A stretch of 54,678 nt of DNA, taken from positions 1 through 54,678 of the IMG/VR virus record IMGVR_UViG_3300008450_000050; one strand, given 5' to 3'. Every line of letters starts with the position of its first letter. Position 1 is the first letter of the stretch. The notes beneath the pieces were generated by a model, which had not been told where the DNA came from, did not search any database, and saw only the letters and a list, made by a program, of their open reading frames with translations. Positions 8,978 through 17,436 of the stretch are shown in pieces. This stretch comes from a virus (Duplodnaviria > Caudoviricetes). The position numbers and the translations under genes are program-made.

Positions 8978-9297
8978 TGGGCGGGATCAACAACGCAATC
9001 AACGAAGGCATTCGCACCGGCATCGAGCGGGCTTGGACCGACCAATGCAACGGACGAGATGACCCAGAGGAGCGCTGCCCCATGCGCCCTGCGGACGGCT
9101 GCTCCTGCTATCGGAAAGCCTACATGGCCGCGCCGTTCTGGCGGCGGTGGCAGATGGAGAAGCCGAAGCGCCCGTCGCAAGACGCTGTCTTGACCGCTTT
9201 AGTCGGGCAGCAAGTAGATGCGCTGCTCCCGCTGGCTTTGGCAGAGCGCGGGCGCAAAGCCTGCCCCTCCCCAACAGAGAGCGAGGCCCGCTCATGA
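8974..9297 (+). CDS. hypothetical Cys-containing protein
   Basis: Coupled ORF. Confidence 0.6.
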   Translation: MMGGINNAINEGIRTGIERAWTDQCNGRDDPEERCPMRPADGCSCYRKAYMAAPFWRRWQMEKPKRPSQDAVLTALVGQQVDALLPLALAERGRKACPSPTESEARS

Positions 9298-9452
9298 CCA
9301 CCCCCCAGCTCATAGCCGCGATCCTGTTGGGTGCCATCCTGCTTGCAGGCTCAGCCTGGAACATCATCGAGCATCGCCGCCGATCTCGTCTGACAGATGA
9401 AGAGAGACGGAAGGAAGATGCGGAGTACAACCCGGATGACTGGAGGTGGTGA
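9294..9452 (+). CDS. small membrane protein
   Basis: ATGA coupling; LIAAILLGAILLAGSAW TM segment. Confidence 0.65.
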   Translation: MTTPQLIAAILLGAILLAGSAWNIIEHRRRSRLTDEERRKEDAEYNPDDWRW

Positions 9453-9456
9453 GGGG

Positions 9457-9657
9457 CTAGGTCTTTCTCTCGCGTCTGGTGAGTTCGCGCTCGATGGCGG
9501 AGCGGATGAAGGCGGCGACAGTCATGGTTCCGGCTGCGGCCCTGATGCGCGCAAGCAAGGAAGTGGGCATACGAGTAAGGACGGAGCTTTGCGGCTCGCC
9601 TTCCGCCAGACTTGGGCGGCCTCTGCCGCGCTTTTCGGGCTCTGCTTTTTTGATCAC
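9457..9657 (-). CDS. second ribbon-helix-helix-like protein
   Basis: KRGRGRP...VLTRMPTSLLARIR...VAAFIRSAIEREL; GTG start inferred. Confidence 0.7.
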   Translation of the reverse strand: MIKKAEPEKRGRGRPSLAEGEPQSSVLTRMPTSLLARIRAAAGTMTVAAFIRSAIERELTRRERKT

Positions 9658-9684
9658 CGGGCCTATTTTCCGATAGCTTTTAAT

Positions 9685-9713
9685 TTGACAGTTCGGTTCA
9701 GTTCCGGCAGAAT
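9685..9713 (+). promoter_or_regulatory. sigma70-like promoter
   Basis: TTGACA-N17-CAGAAT in an AT-rich gap. Confidence 0.6.
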
Positions 9714-9777
9714 ATCCGACATACAGAAACAACGCAAGAGAGCCGCCGTGATTGAGAGATTGAAGGAAGGGCGCAGG

Positions 9778-10296
9778 ATGCCCCCTCGGGCGGATCTCGG
9801 CCGAGCCGTTACGTCAACGATGCGCGCCCCAATCTCGCGTTTCAAGGATTGGCAGCGCGACCCCGCTGGCGTTAACCCACACGGGTTGCGGACGGTCATG
9901 GGCTACTGCCTGCCGACTTGGCAGCGCGGGCTTGTGTGGACCGACGCTCAGAAGATCGCGTTCATCGAGAGCGCATGGCGCGGTATCCACATCGGCACCT
10001 TCACCTACAACCAGACCGACATGGGGCACCCGCTCGATAACCTATTGATCGACGGTCAGCAGCGCATGAGCGCAATCCAAGATTATCTTGCGGACCGTTT
10101 CCCTGTGTTCGGCTGGCATTGGTCAGAGGTTACGGAGCCGGACAGGCGCAGCTGGGAAATGACGGTCGTGTTCCCGAGTTTCATCACCGACTCCAAGGAC
10201 GAAGACTACCTCCGCAGCTACTACGACCTGATGAATTTTGGAGGCACGGCCCACGGCGAAAGCGAGCGCGCGCTCCCCTCCCCCACCCAAGGATGA
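9778..10296 (+). CDS. stand-alone DUF262 (ParB/Srx superfamily) protein
   Basis: LPTWQRGLVW and LIDGQQR motifs. Confidence 0.85.
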   Translation: MPPRADLGRAVTSTMRAPISRFKDWQRDPAGVNPHGLRTVMGYCLPTWQRGLVWTDAQKIAFIESAWRGIHIGTFTYNQTDMGHPLDNLLIDGQQRMSAIQDYLADRFPVFGWHWSEVTEPDRRSWEMTVVFPSFITDSKDEDYLRSYYDLMNFGGTAHGESERALPSPTQG

Positions 10297-10300
10297 AGCC

Positions 10301-10519
10301 ATGAGCGAGACGAAGCTGACGCGCGCCTACTCTTCTGGCGACATGCTGGTTCTGGATGACGGCAGTAAGTGGGGTCCGTTCACTTCGCATTGGGCAGCAA
10401 CAGCGGCGATGATCCGATTGAGCGACCCGACGTTCTGGAGCCTCGGCGGAGACAAGGCTGTGGACCTCGCGATTGAGGCAGACATCCGCGCTGCCCTCTC
10501 CCGTGCCTCAGGAGAATGA
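10301..10519 (+). CDS. hypothetical protein
   Basis: RBS plus ATG; accessory array. Confidence 0.6.
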   Translation: MSETKLTRAYSSGDMLVLDDGSKWGPFTSHWAATAAMIRLSDPTFWSLGGDKAVDLAIEADIRAALSRASGE

Positions 10520-10520
10520 A

Positions 10521-10733
10521 ATGGGGAATCTGACGAGCGATCTGCACGCGCGGGCGAACCCGCCGCAGAGGGACTGTCGGCCGGACCAGACCGGGCTTGA
10601 TGACGGGCCTTACCTGCCGGGTCGCGCGCCTCGCAAACGGCCGGCGCCGAAGTCGGCCGCGGAGCTTTCCGCCATCAGGGCCAAGGCATGGGCAACCCGT
10701 CGCGGCCTTGCCGTCCCCGTTACAGGAGACTGA
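10521..10733 (+). CDS. hypothetical basic protein
   Basis: AGGAG RBS. Confidence 0.6.
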   Translation: MGNLTSDLHARANPPQRDCRPDQTGLDDGPYLPGRAPRKRPAPKSAAELSAIRAKAWATRRGLAVPVTGD

Positions 10734-10734
10734 C

Positions 10735-11028
10735 ATGAGCGAGACGAAGACGGAGGCCGTCGCTGCCCCAGAGTGGCAGCGCGCGCGGTACGGCGAGAGC
10801 GAGCAGATGTCGCTCGGGTGCGTCGTGCTTCGCATTAACAGGCCCATCGGAACGCAGGGCAAGCCGCCTGAGCCGCTGGTGATCCACGTTGGCGAGACGA
10901 AGTTGAAGCGCGCCGACATTCAGGATTTCCCCGAAGCCCGCGCCTACGCCCTGGCTACAGCCGAGGCGTTCCTTGCGCGGTCGCTTGCCCGGTGTCGCGC
11001 CGCCCTCTCCAACCCGGAGAGCGAGTGA
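10735..11028 (+). CDS. hypothetical protein
   Basis: AGGAG RBS. Confidence 0.6.
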   Translation: MSETKTEAVAAPEWQRARYGESEQMSLGCVVLRINRPIGTQGKPPEPLVIHVGETKLKRADIQDFPEARAYALATAEAFLARSLARCRAALSNPESE

Positions 11029-11318
11029 TGGGCGAGAAGCTGACGCACGCAGACGCATGCCGCCTGAGCCGCGCATTCAACGAGGTCGCGAACCTGGGCA
11101 ACTCTCAGGACCGGGCGATCAACGAATGGCTCAAGTCCGTCATCGCAGCGGCCAAGGCTACGGAGGCCCCGCCCGTAGACACGCGGCACAGGTTCGTGCC
11201 GGCTCGCAAGTACCCGTGGTTTTGCGGCGTGTGCGGATACGCGCCGCATGAAGCGTTGATGCACATTCAGGACGAGACCCCCGGCCTTGCCGCCCTCTCC
11301 GAGAAGGGGAGGGAGTAG
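11028..11318 (+). CDS. hypothetical protein with CGVC motif
   Basis: TGATG coupling. Confidence 0.6.
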   Translation: MGEKLTHADACRLSRAFNEVANLGNSQDRAINEWLKSVIAAAKATEAPPVDTRHRFVPARKYPWFCGVCGYAPHEALMHIQDETPGLAALSEKGRE

Positions 11319-11321
11319 GTT

Positions 11322-11888
11322 ATGGGAGAGAGAGCATCAGATCTTTGGGACGGCTTGCCTGAAACCACCGCCTTTTTGTTTGGCCGGGGCAAGCGCCCGA
11401 TTATCATTTCCGGCGAAGTGGCTTATGTGCCGCTGGCTGACGGAAGGGTGGCAGTGATCGACGCGGCAGACGCGGAAACTGTCGCTAACCATTCATGGGC
11501 GGCTTGCCCGATGGGCAATGTCACCTATGCCGTTACGGGCATGCGGCGGGATGGTGTCAAGCGCAACCTTGGCCTTCACCGCTTGATCGTGGAATGCTCT
11601 AGGGATCAGGTCGTCGACCACATCGATTGCGACGGGCTTAATTGCCGTCGCTACAACCTTCGCGCGGCTAGACAAGCCGAGAATGCCCGAAACTCGCGGA
11701 TGCGTAGTTCCAATACCAGTGGGTTCAAGGGTGTCTTCTGGAGGGCCGACCGCCAGAAGTGGCAGGCTCAAATTCGTCTTGACCGAAAGCGGATTTGCCT
11801 TGGCACTTTCGAAACGGCCGAACAGGCCGGCGCGGCTTATGCCGATGCGGCCAAGCGTCTCCATGGTCAATTCGCAAGGGAGGCATGA
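11322..11888 (+). CDS. HNH endonuclease with C-terminal AP2 domain
   Basis: LHRLI...VDHIDCDGLNCRRYNLR, then NTSGFKGV...WQAQI...LGTF...AY. Confidence 0.92.
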   Translation: MGERASDLWDGLPETTAFLFGRGKRPIIISGEVAYVPLADGRVAVIDAADAETVANHSWAACPMGNVTYAVTGMRRDGVKRNLGLHRLIVECSRDQVVDHIDCDGLNCRRYNLRAARQAENARNSRMRSSNTSGFKGVFWRADRQKWQAQIRLDRKRICLGTFETAEQAGAAYADAAKRLHGQFAREA

Positions 11889-12409
11889 TGACGACCCCCA
11901 AATACCCCCAAGGAGCCCTCATGACCACCTCAATAGAAGAAGCCCTCCGATCCGGCGCGGTGCGCTTGGTGCCGGTGGAGGCGACGGCGGAAGCTGGCGA
12001 TCTCGTTAGCCGCGCCGAAGTTATTCGCGTTCTTAGAAGGCTTGGCGGCCAAGACGCCGACCTTGCCCTTTATGGCGCGGAAGACAATGCGCGGGCTCGC
12101 GAATACGGGGAAGCCGCCATGACGCGCGCTTGTTGCGCCATTGCAATCATGCCGGCCGCCTCCGACGCAGAATTTCCTAAGCCACAGCGCCGAGACGGGA
12201 AAGAGCCGTGTGGCGAGTGCCACATTGGCCCCGATGAGGTTTGCGATATTTGCGGCGCGCGGCATCGGCAGGCAGGGGCTCCCCAGACATGGCAAGGGCT
12301 GGATGATGCCCGCCTTCAGCTTGCTATCAATGCCTTCTACGAACCCTGCGAAGGGACGACGATCGACGGCGTCCGCGCTGCAATTCTGGCATGGGAGCAG
12401 AGCCGGTGA
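11885..12409 (+). CDS. hypothetical mosaic protein with CGEC..CDIC zinc finger
   Basis: Coupled ORF. Confidence 0.65.
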   Translation: MMTTPKYPQGALMTTSIEEALRSGAVRLVPVEATAEAGDLVSRAEVIRVLRRLGGQDADLALYGAEDNARAREYGEAAMTRACCAIAIMPAASDAEFPKPQRRDGKEPCGECHIGPDEVCDICGARHRQAGAPQTWQGLDDARLQLAINAFYEPCEGTTIDGVRAAILAWEQSR

Positions 12410-13233
12410 ACAAGGAGATGAAAGCCGCCTCCAAGGACCACATCCCCGCCGCTGACGACGTGATTGGTTGCCTGCTCGCCGAAAAGCCGTTCTGGTTCGA
12501 CCCCGCCACGAACTTCGTCCACGCAGATGATGGCGGCGGGCGAGGCACAAGATGGGAGCCGGTGCCGCCAGAGACATACCACTGCGGGCACTGCGACGGA
12601 ACCGGGGATGTCCACGGCATTGACGGCGAATGGAAAGGGCAGTGCGACTGTTCCGTTGGCGATGGCACTGAGCGGCTTTGCCAAGCTCTTTACGGGCGAA
12701 AGGCGACGGCCCGAGACTACGTCGGCGGCTCGGACGCCAAGATGCTCCACGACGCGGCAGATCGCATTGCCGAGTTGAAGGCGAACGGCGTCCTCGCGCA
12801 TGCCCGCGCAGCCGAGCGCGATCAAGAGTGCTTTCGACTTGAAGACGAATTGAAGGGCGCGCTCGAATTGATCAACGCTCAGAACGCGAATGCCGCCACG
12901 CTACGGGAGATGTTTGGGCAGGCGAAAGAGCGCGCCCTAACGGCCGAGTTTGCTATCGCTGCGTGCGCTCGGTTCCTCAAAGAGGGTGAGACGCCAGAGC
13001 AACGCATCGAACGATTGCACGGCGAGATCAGCGGCATGATGAAGACGCTGGCGGCTTACACCGACCGCGCCCTCGCCGCCGAAGCCAAGTGCGACGCCTT
13101 GCGGGAGGCGCTGGCGCCGTTCGCGAAAGAAAGTCTGTTCGCAGGGCCGCAGCATGAATTCGTGACGATCAAGCTTAGTGACTGCGACCGTGCCCGCGCC
13201 CGCATCCAGGAGACAGCCGATGTCGGAGAATGA
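12406..13233 (+). CDS. hypothetical mosaic coiled-coil protein with CxxCxGxG finger
   Basis: HCGHCDGTG...CDC; GTGA coupling. Confidence 0.7.
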   Translation: MNKEMKAASKDHIPAADDVIGCLLAEKPFWFDPATNFVHADDGGGRGTRWEPVPPETYHCGHCDGTGDVHGIDGEWKGQCDCSVGDGTERLCQALYGRKATARDYVGGSDAKMLHDAADRIAELKANGVLAHARAAERDQECFRLEDELKGALELINAQNANAATLREMFGQAKERALTAEFAIAACARFLKEGETPEQRIERLHGEISGMMKTLAAYTDRALAAEAKCDALREALAPFAKESLFAGPQHEFVTIKLSDCDRARARIQETADVGE

Positions 13234-13525
13234 GGTGACGCGCACTGGCATGGACATGATTTCCCGCCACCGTTTCCGACTTGCGGACGATGGCAATTGC
13301 GCGGAAATCGACAGCTCCGGCCTGGCCGAGGAGATAGACACCGCTCTCACCGCCGCCGAGGCGAGGATCAAGATGCTGGAGGAGGCGCTGGGTAACGTTG
13401 CGGTTCTCGTAAAGCACGCGGACGAGAACTTCCGCTCGGAGGACTACGGCGTCGCCTATCCCGCTCTGGCCGTCGCAGTCGAAACCGCCCGCCAAGCCCT
13501 CACAGGAGCCAGCAATGACGGTTGA
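13220..13525 (+). CDS. hypothetical protein
   Basis: AGGAG RBS. Confidence 0.6.
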   Translation: MSENEVTRTGMDMISRHRFRLADDGNCAEIDSSGLAEEIDTALTAAEARIKMLEEALGNVAVLVKHADENFRSEDYGVAYPALAVAVETARQALTGASNDG

Positions 13526-13835
13526 CGACCTCGCGACGCAGATCATGGCGCTCGACTGGAAAGCCCGTAGGGACTGGACCGTCGATGAGCAGGCAGACCG
13601 CTACGGCGAACTGCAGGAAATGCTCACCGCCTACCTATCCGCCAGGAGCGCGGAGCCGGTGGCGTGGCGACTACTCCGAAACGGAGAGGTCATTGAGGCC
13701 GCTGACCAAGTGCTGGCCGACGACACGGTGACGTGGCTGCCGCTCAGAGGCTGGGAAATAGGCCGACCATACTATCCGGGCCTTTTCGTGCCGGTGCGCC
13801 GCGCCCACCCCACTCCGGAGGGTTCCGATGTCTGA
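13515..13835 (+). CDS. hypothetical protein
   Basis: AGGAG RBS; EPVAW motif. Confidence 0.6.
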   Translation: MTVDDLATQIMALDWKARRDWTVDEQADRYGELQEMLTAYLSARSAEPVAWRLLRNGEVIEAADQVLADDTVTWLPLRGWEIGRPYYPGLFVPVRRAHPTPEGSDV

Positions 13836-14136
13836 GGAACGGCAGGAGCACATTGACCGCTTCTACATGGAGCACGGGCCGTGCTGTGCCGGCTGCGATC
13901 ACTGGCGCAGTTACAATTCTGCGGTCGGGGAGTGTACGCGCAGCGCTCCTATGCCGGGCCGCGAGCGCATGGCGATGCTGGGCATGGAGATGCTGAGCTT
14001 GAGCTTGGGAGCCGGCCATGCCTTCACGCCGCGCGAGCATGTCTGTGGCGATTTCGCGGACACGTTCGACTGGACCAGTCTGCCGCTGCCATACAGGCAC
14101 CGCATCGGAGCCATTGGAGGACCGCGCCATGTCTGA
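13828..14136 (+). CDS. hypothetical Cys-rich protein
   Basis: CCAGCDHW...GEC...HVCGDF; GGAGG RBS. Confidence 0.65.
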   Translation: MSEERQEHIDRFYMEHGPCCAGCDHWRSYNSAVGECTRSAPMPGRERMAMLGMEMLSLSLGAGHAFTPREHVCGDFADTFDWTSLPLPYRHRIGAIGGPRHV

Positions 14137-14404
14137 GATCGGGGAGGAGGAAATCGCGAGGGCGATCGTGGTTGAGCAGCCGTATCACGGCGGGCGCTAC
14201 ATCATCGCGTACAAGGGCAGCTCTCTCACCGGCTGGAGCTACCCCAGCGCTGAGGCCGCGCAGGCAGAGTTAGACGATATCTGTGCGGCCCTCCTCCAGC
14301 CTGCCCTAGAGCGGGCGATGGCAGAGCGGGACAAAGCGCGGGAGGAAGCGGCCAATTGGGCGTTGGCGCTCGCCGCCGCCATCCACAAGGGATCGGGAGA
14401 GTGA
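14129..14404 (+). CDS. hypothetical protein
   Basis: GGAGG RBS. Confidence 0.6.
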   Translation: MSEIGEEEIARAIVVEQPYHGGRYIIAYKGSSLTGWSYPSAEAAQAELDDICAALLQPALERAMAERDKAREEAANWALALAAAIHKGSGE

Positions 14405-14405
14405 G

Positions 14406-14642
14406 ATGACCCGACAGCCAACACGGCAAGAGACGATTGCGCGGGCCATCTATGAGTGCCGCAACGGGCGCGGCTGCGTGCCATGGGCTCGGCTGACAAA
14501 GGCACATCAGGAGCCGTATCTGTCGGATGCCACAGCGGCGCTGACGGCCATTCTGGCTCTGGACTTCCCTTGGCTCGTCGGCGCAGCCCCTACTCCCTCG
14601 CCATCTCCTGAGCAGCCTGAGACAAGAGAAACGCCAGCGTGA
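14406..14642 (+). CDS. hypothetical protein
   Basis: ORF in array. Confidence 0.6.
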   Translation: MTRQPTRQETIARAIYECRNGRGCVPWARLTKAHQEPYLSDATAALTAILALDFPWLVGAAPTPSPSPEQPETRETPA

Positions 14643-14672
14643 TATGATGACGTGGCATCATAGGAGGCCGGA

Positions 14673-15029
14673 ATGATTAATCGCGACTACAGGACCGATA
14701 AGCGCGGGAGGCGCGCGGACGCCCTAGCCCATGCCGTCATGCAAGAGATCGGCGGCATGCTGCAATCAGACATGAAACGAGACGCCCACCGGGCTATCGT
14801 GGACATGCTCTGGCGTATCGGGGCCGACGTAATCACTGACGCCGAGCGCGCCGAAATCGGGCTTGAAACGCGCGACAATATGGGCTGGACAGCGCGGGAG
14901 CTGGCGATGTGGGAGTCGCACCTTTTGATGAAGATGTGCGAGCCGCCGAGGCCTATGGTATTCAAAACCACTACTCTCGCGCCAGATCCTGCGCCGCTTG
15001 GGACAGCAAAAACGCCACCCTCCGCTTAG
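14673..15029 (+). CDS. hypothetical protein, last gene of plus-strand block
   Basis: AGGAGG RBS. Confidence 0.65.
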   Translation: MINRDYRTDKRGRRADALAHAVMQEIGGMLQSDMKRDAHRAIVDMLWRIGADVITDAERAEIGLETRDNMGWTARELAMWESHLLMKMCEPPRPMVFKTTTLAPDPAPLGTAKTPPSA

Positions 15030-15150
15030 TCATCTCGTATTCGTGGATCTTTCCTCCGAAGACAACGCTCATGATGGTGGCGCCCTCTTTGGTTCTGTGG
15101 ATGGTGACGAGATCGACCTTGTCGGGCTTTGGGGATCGGGGATCGGACAT
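14971..15150 (-). CDS. small hypothetical protein
   Basis: MSDPRSPKPDKV...; convergent overlap with previous gene. Confidence 0.45.
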   Translation of the reverse strand: MSDPRSPKPDKVDLVTIHRTKEGATIMSVVFGGKIHEYEMTKRRVAFLLSQAAQDLARE

Positions 15151-15274
15151 TGGCAGCGCCACTCCATTAGGATCGAGTAGTCGGAATGATGGCAGTAGGA
15201 AGTTTCGAGGACCGCCAGCCACCCGAGCGCTAGATGCGCGTCAATGTCGTGAATGCCGACATATTTGATGACCG

Positions 15275-16495
15275 TCACGACCAAGCCGGGACGCGCACTC
15301 TTGGCTTTTCGGGGAGAGCTGGCTCCTCAAGCACGATTGGCGCCCGCTCTCGCAAAAACCATTTGCTGTGAAGCAGGAACAGCCATTGCGACGGGAAGTC
15401 GGGATCGGCGCGAATGTCATCCGCGTACTCCCCATAGCCGACGACGCTTCCATTCGCGAGCACGCCGCCGGGGTTTGAACTGGTGTGGAAGTGCCCCATG
15501 AGGATGAGATCAGGCCGCCGGCCGAGCCGCGCTTGCTGCGCTTCCACCTTCTTCGTCCCGCGCACGATAGGAAGGTTAGGGCCTGCGAAGCCCATGCCGC
15601 CCCGGCTCCCCAGCTTATCGCCATGCGTCAGAAGAACCGAGCGCCCGAAGATCGGGGCGATCTGATCCTTGGCCGGGCCGTATTGGAACGTGATGTGCTT
15701 GTCACCACGGAACCGCTCGGCCAGCATGGCGGCGATCATTGTGTCGTAACTCAGGCGGGAATAGAGCTTGGCGGTGCTCTTGTGTGTCGTGCGCCCGTGG
15801 TTCCCTGGTACAGAGACAACGTGCACGCGGTTATAGGCCAGCCGCAGTTGGATGATGCCAGCGGCAATGATCTCGGTCGCGGCGATGACCTGCTCGGGGC
15901 TGGTCAAAGCGTTTGAGATTGTCAATTCCTCATGCAGGTTTCCGCTGATGAGATCGCCGCCAAGCGCCAGAAGCGCGCCCTCGCATTTGGTATCGGATGC
16001 CCATCGCTTGCCGACGACACATGCCGCCTCAAAATAGCGTTTCATCCGATCTCGGCAGATGTCGGGATCGAAGGCATTCACGCCGTTAAGTTCGTCCGAG
16101 CTGACGACCTCGCCCATGTGCATATCGGAGACGAGACAACCGACGACGGAGCGGCCTTTCTCGCCATCGCCTGCCGCCATGATCCAATCTGGAACGGACC
16201 ATTCGACCCCGCGCAGGCCGGCAAGCTGCTCGGCTACATGTTCGGCCTCGTCAGCTTTGCGCTGGGCGTCAGTGGCTTTCTTCCGCCAGAAGGCGGCGTC
16301 GAACCGCTCCCGGCTGGTCAGGGGCTCCACGGCCACCTCAGGGTCACGGGGAGGGTTTGCAGCTTCCGCTAGGCGATGCTGCAATGCGGAGCGCGATAGG
16401 CCCATAGCGCGGGCTGCGGCGACTTGGTTGCCATGCTTGGCCAGGGCGTCAACCGCCGCTTGACACATCTCAGGGGTCAGCTTGGGCGCCGGCAT
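15275..16495 (-). CDS. HTH-fused calcineurin-like metallophosphoesterase
   Basis: N-terminal HTH; SDMHMG, GGDLI, GNHG, HGD and GHFH motifs. Confidence 0.88.
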   Translation of the reverse strand: MPAPKLTPEMCQAAVDALAKHGNQVAAARAMGLSRSALQHRLAEAANPPRDPEVAVEPLTSRERFDAAFWRKKATDAQRKADEAEHVAEQLAGLRGVEWSVPDWIMAAGDGEKGRSVVGCLVSDMHMGEVVSSDELNGVNAFDPDICRDRMKRYFEAACVVGKRWASDTKCEGALLALGGDLISGNLHEELTISNALTSPEQVIAATEIIAAGIIQLRLAYNRVHVVSVPGNHGRTTHKSTAKLYSRLSYDTMIAAMLAERFRGDKHITFQYGPAKDQIAPIFGRSVLLTHGDKLGSRGGMGFAGPNLPIVRGTKKVEAQQARLGRRPDLILMGHFHTSSNPGGVLANGSVVGYGEYADDIRADPDFPSQWLFLLHSKWFLRERAPIVLEEPALPEKPRVRVPAWS

Positions 16496-16758
16496 CAGCC
16501 GATCCTCCCGGCCGTCACCCAATTAACCACACCAGTCAGCTTTAGGCCGAAGGCGCCGACCGCGCTGATGATGATGAACCAGATAACCCGGCCGCCCCAC
16601 ATCGCGCCCTTGCCCTGCAAGAGGATGTCGCGCAGCTCAGTGACTTTGCCGTTGGTGTCGTCTTGGGATGATTTGATGTCGAGCAGGGCCTGTGTCAGGT
16701 GGCGCACCTGCTCTTCAAGACGGATGACGCGATCTCGGGTGTCGGTTTCGGTGCTCAT
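16495..16758 (-). CDS. coiled-coil plus C-terminal TM protein (holin/XhlA-like)
   Basis: RVIRLEEQV coil, hydrophobic C-terminus; in lysis cassette. Confidence 0.65.
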   Translation of the reverse strand: MSTETDTRDRVIRLEEQVRHLTQALLDIKSSQDDTNGKVTELRDILLQGKGAMWGGRVIWFIIISAVGAFGLKLTGVVNWVTAGRIG

Positions 16759-16895
16759 GGTCGGCCCCCCGACGATGGGCCTTGCCGAAAACCTAGATTG
16801 GGCGTTCTTTTCTTCGCAGCCATGTCGGCGTCTCCATCGTCGGGGTGGTCAGTGCGCGGGGCGAGTGGCCAGACCCGCCTCGTGCACGCTGCTAA

Positions 16896-17114
16896 TCACC
16901 GCTTGCCGCAAAGCGCGGCGTGAACGGCGTTGTGGGACTTGACCCCGATCACGGTTTCATTGGTGTCGCGAGACGACCACGAGATCGGCTTAAATTGATC
17001 GCATAAAGCGCTAGTCGCGCTTGTGCCCGTCGTCGTCGTGCAGGCGGCCAGAGGCAACAGAAGCAGCAACCCGGTCGCGAGCGTCCGCGCCGTCTTTCCG
17101 AATGGAGTTGGCAT
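16896..17114 (-). CDS. o-spanin (Rz1-like lipoprotein)
   Basis: LLLLPLAAC lipobox; overlaps i-spanin. Confidence 0.8.
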   Translation of the reverse strand: MPTPFGKTARTLATGLLLLLPLAACTTTTGTSATSALCDQFKPISWSSRDTNETVIGVKSHNAVHAALCGKR

Positions 17115-17244
17115 TTTCCAGATCCTCTAGTTTAGCCTTCGCCTTCGCGTCGCCGCGACCTTTGAGGTAGAGGCCAAGCGCTCCGAACAGCATGGCGGCA
17201 AAGCCTGCGATGGCCTGCCAATTGGCAAGGAGAAGCGCACTCAT
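17011..17244 (-). CDS. i-spanin (Rz-like)
   Basis: N-terminal TM plus helix; downstream of endolysin. Confidence 0.75.
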   Translation of the reverse strand: MSALLLANWQAIAGFAAMLFGALGLYLKGRGDAKAKAKLEDLENANSIRKDGADARDRVAASVASGRLHDDDGHKRD

Positions 17245-17435
17245 CGCCGTTTGGCCTTCGCGACCTGACGAGCAGCCCACCAAGCGTAGACAAGCGGGAT
17301 GCCGTAGACGATCAAGTCCATTGCGACCTTAGCAAACTCGGATGCGTCCTCTGCGGTGAAATAGCCCATCGTCGCAAAGCGGGTGAAAGCCCACAGGAGC
17401 AGGATGCGGATGGCCGGGGCTAGAATTTCGAGCAT
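17241..17435 (-). CDS. two-TM holin-like protein
   Basis: Two hydrophobic segments and basic tail; adjacent to lysozyme. Confidence 0.7.
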   Translation of the reverse strand: MLEILAPAIRILLLWAFTRFATMGYFTAEDASEFAKVAMDLIVYGIPLVYAWWAARQVAKAKRR

Positions 17436-17436
17436 G

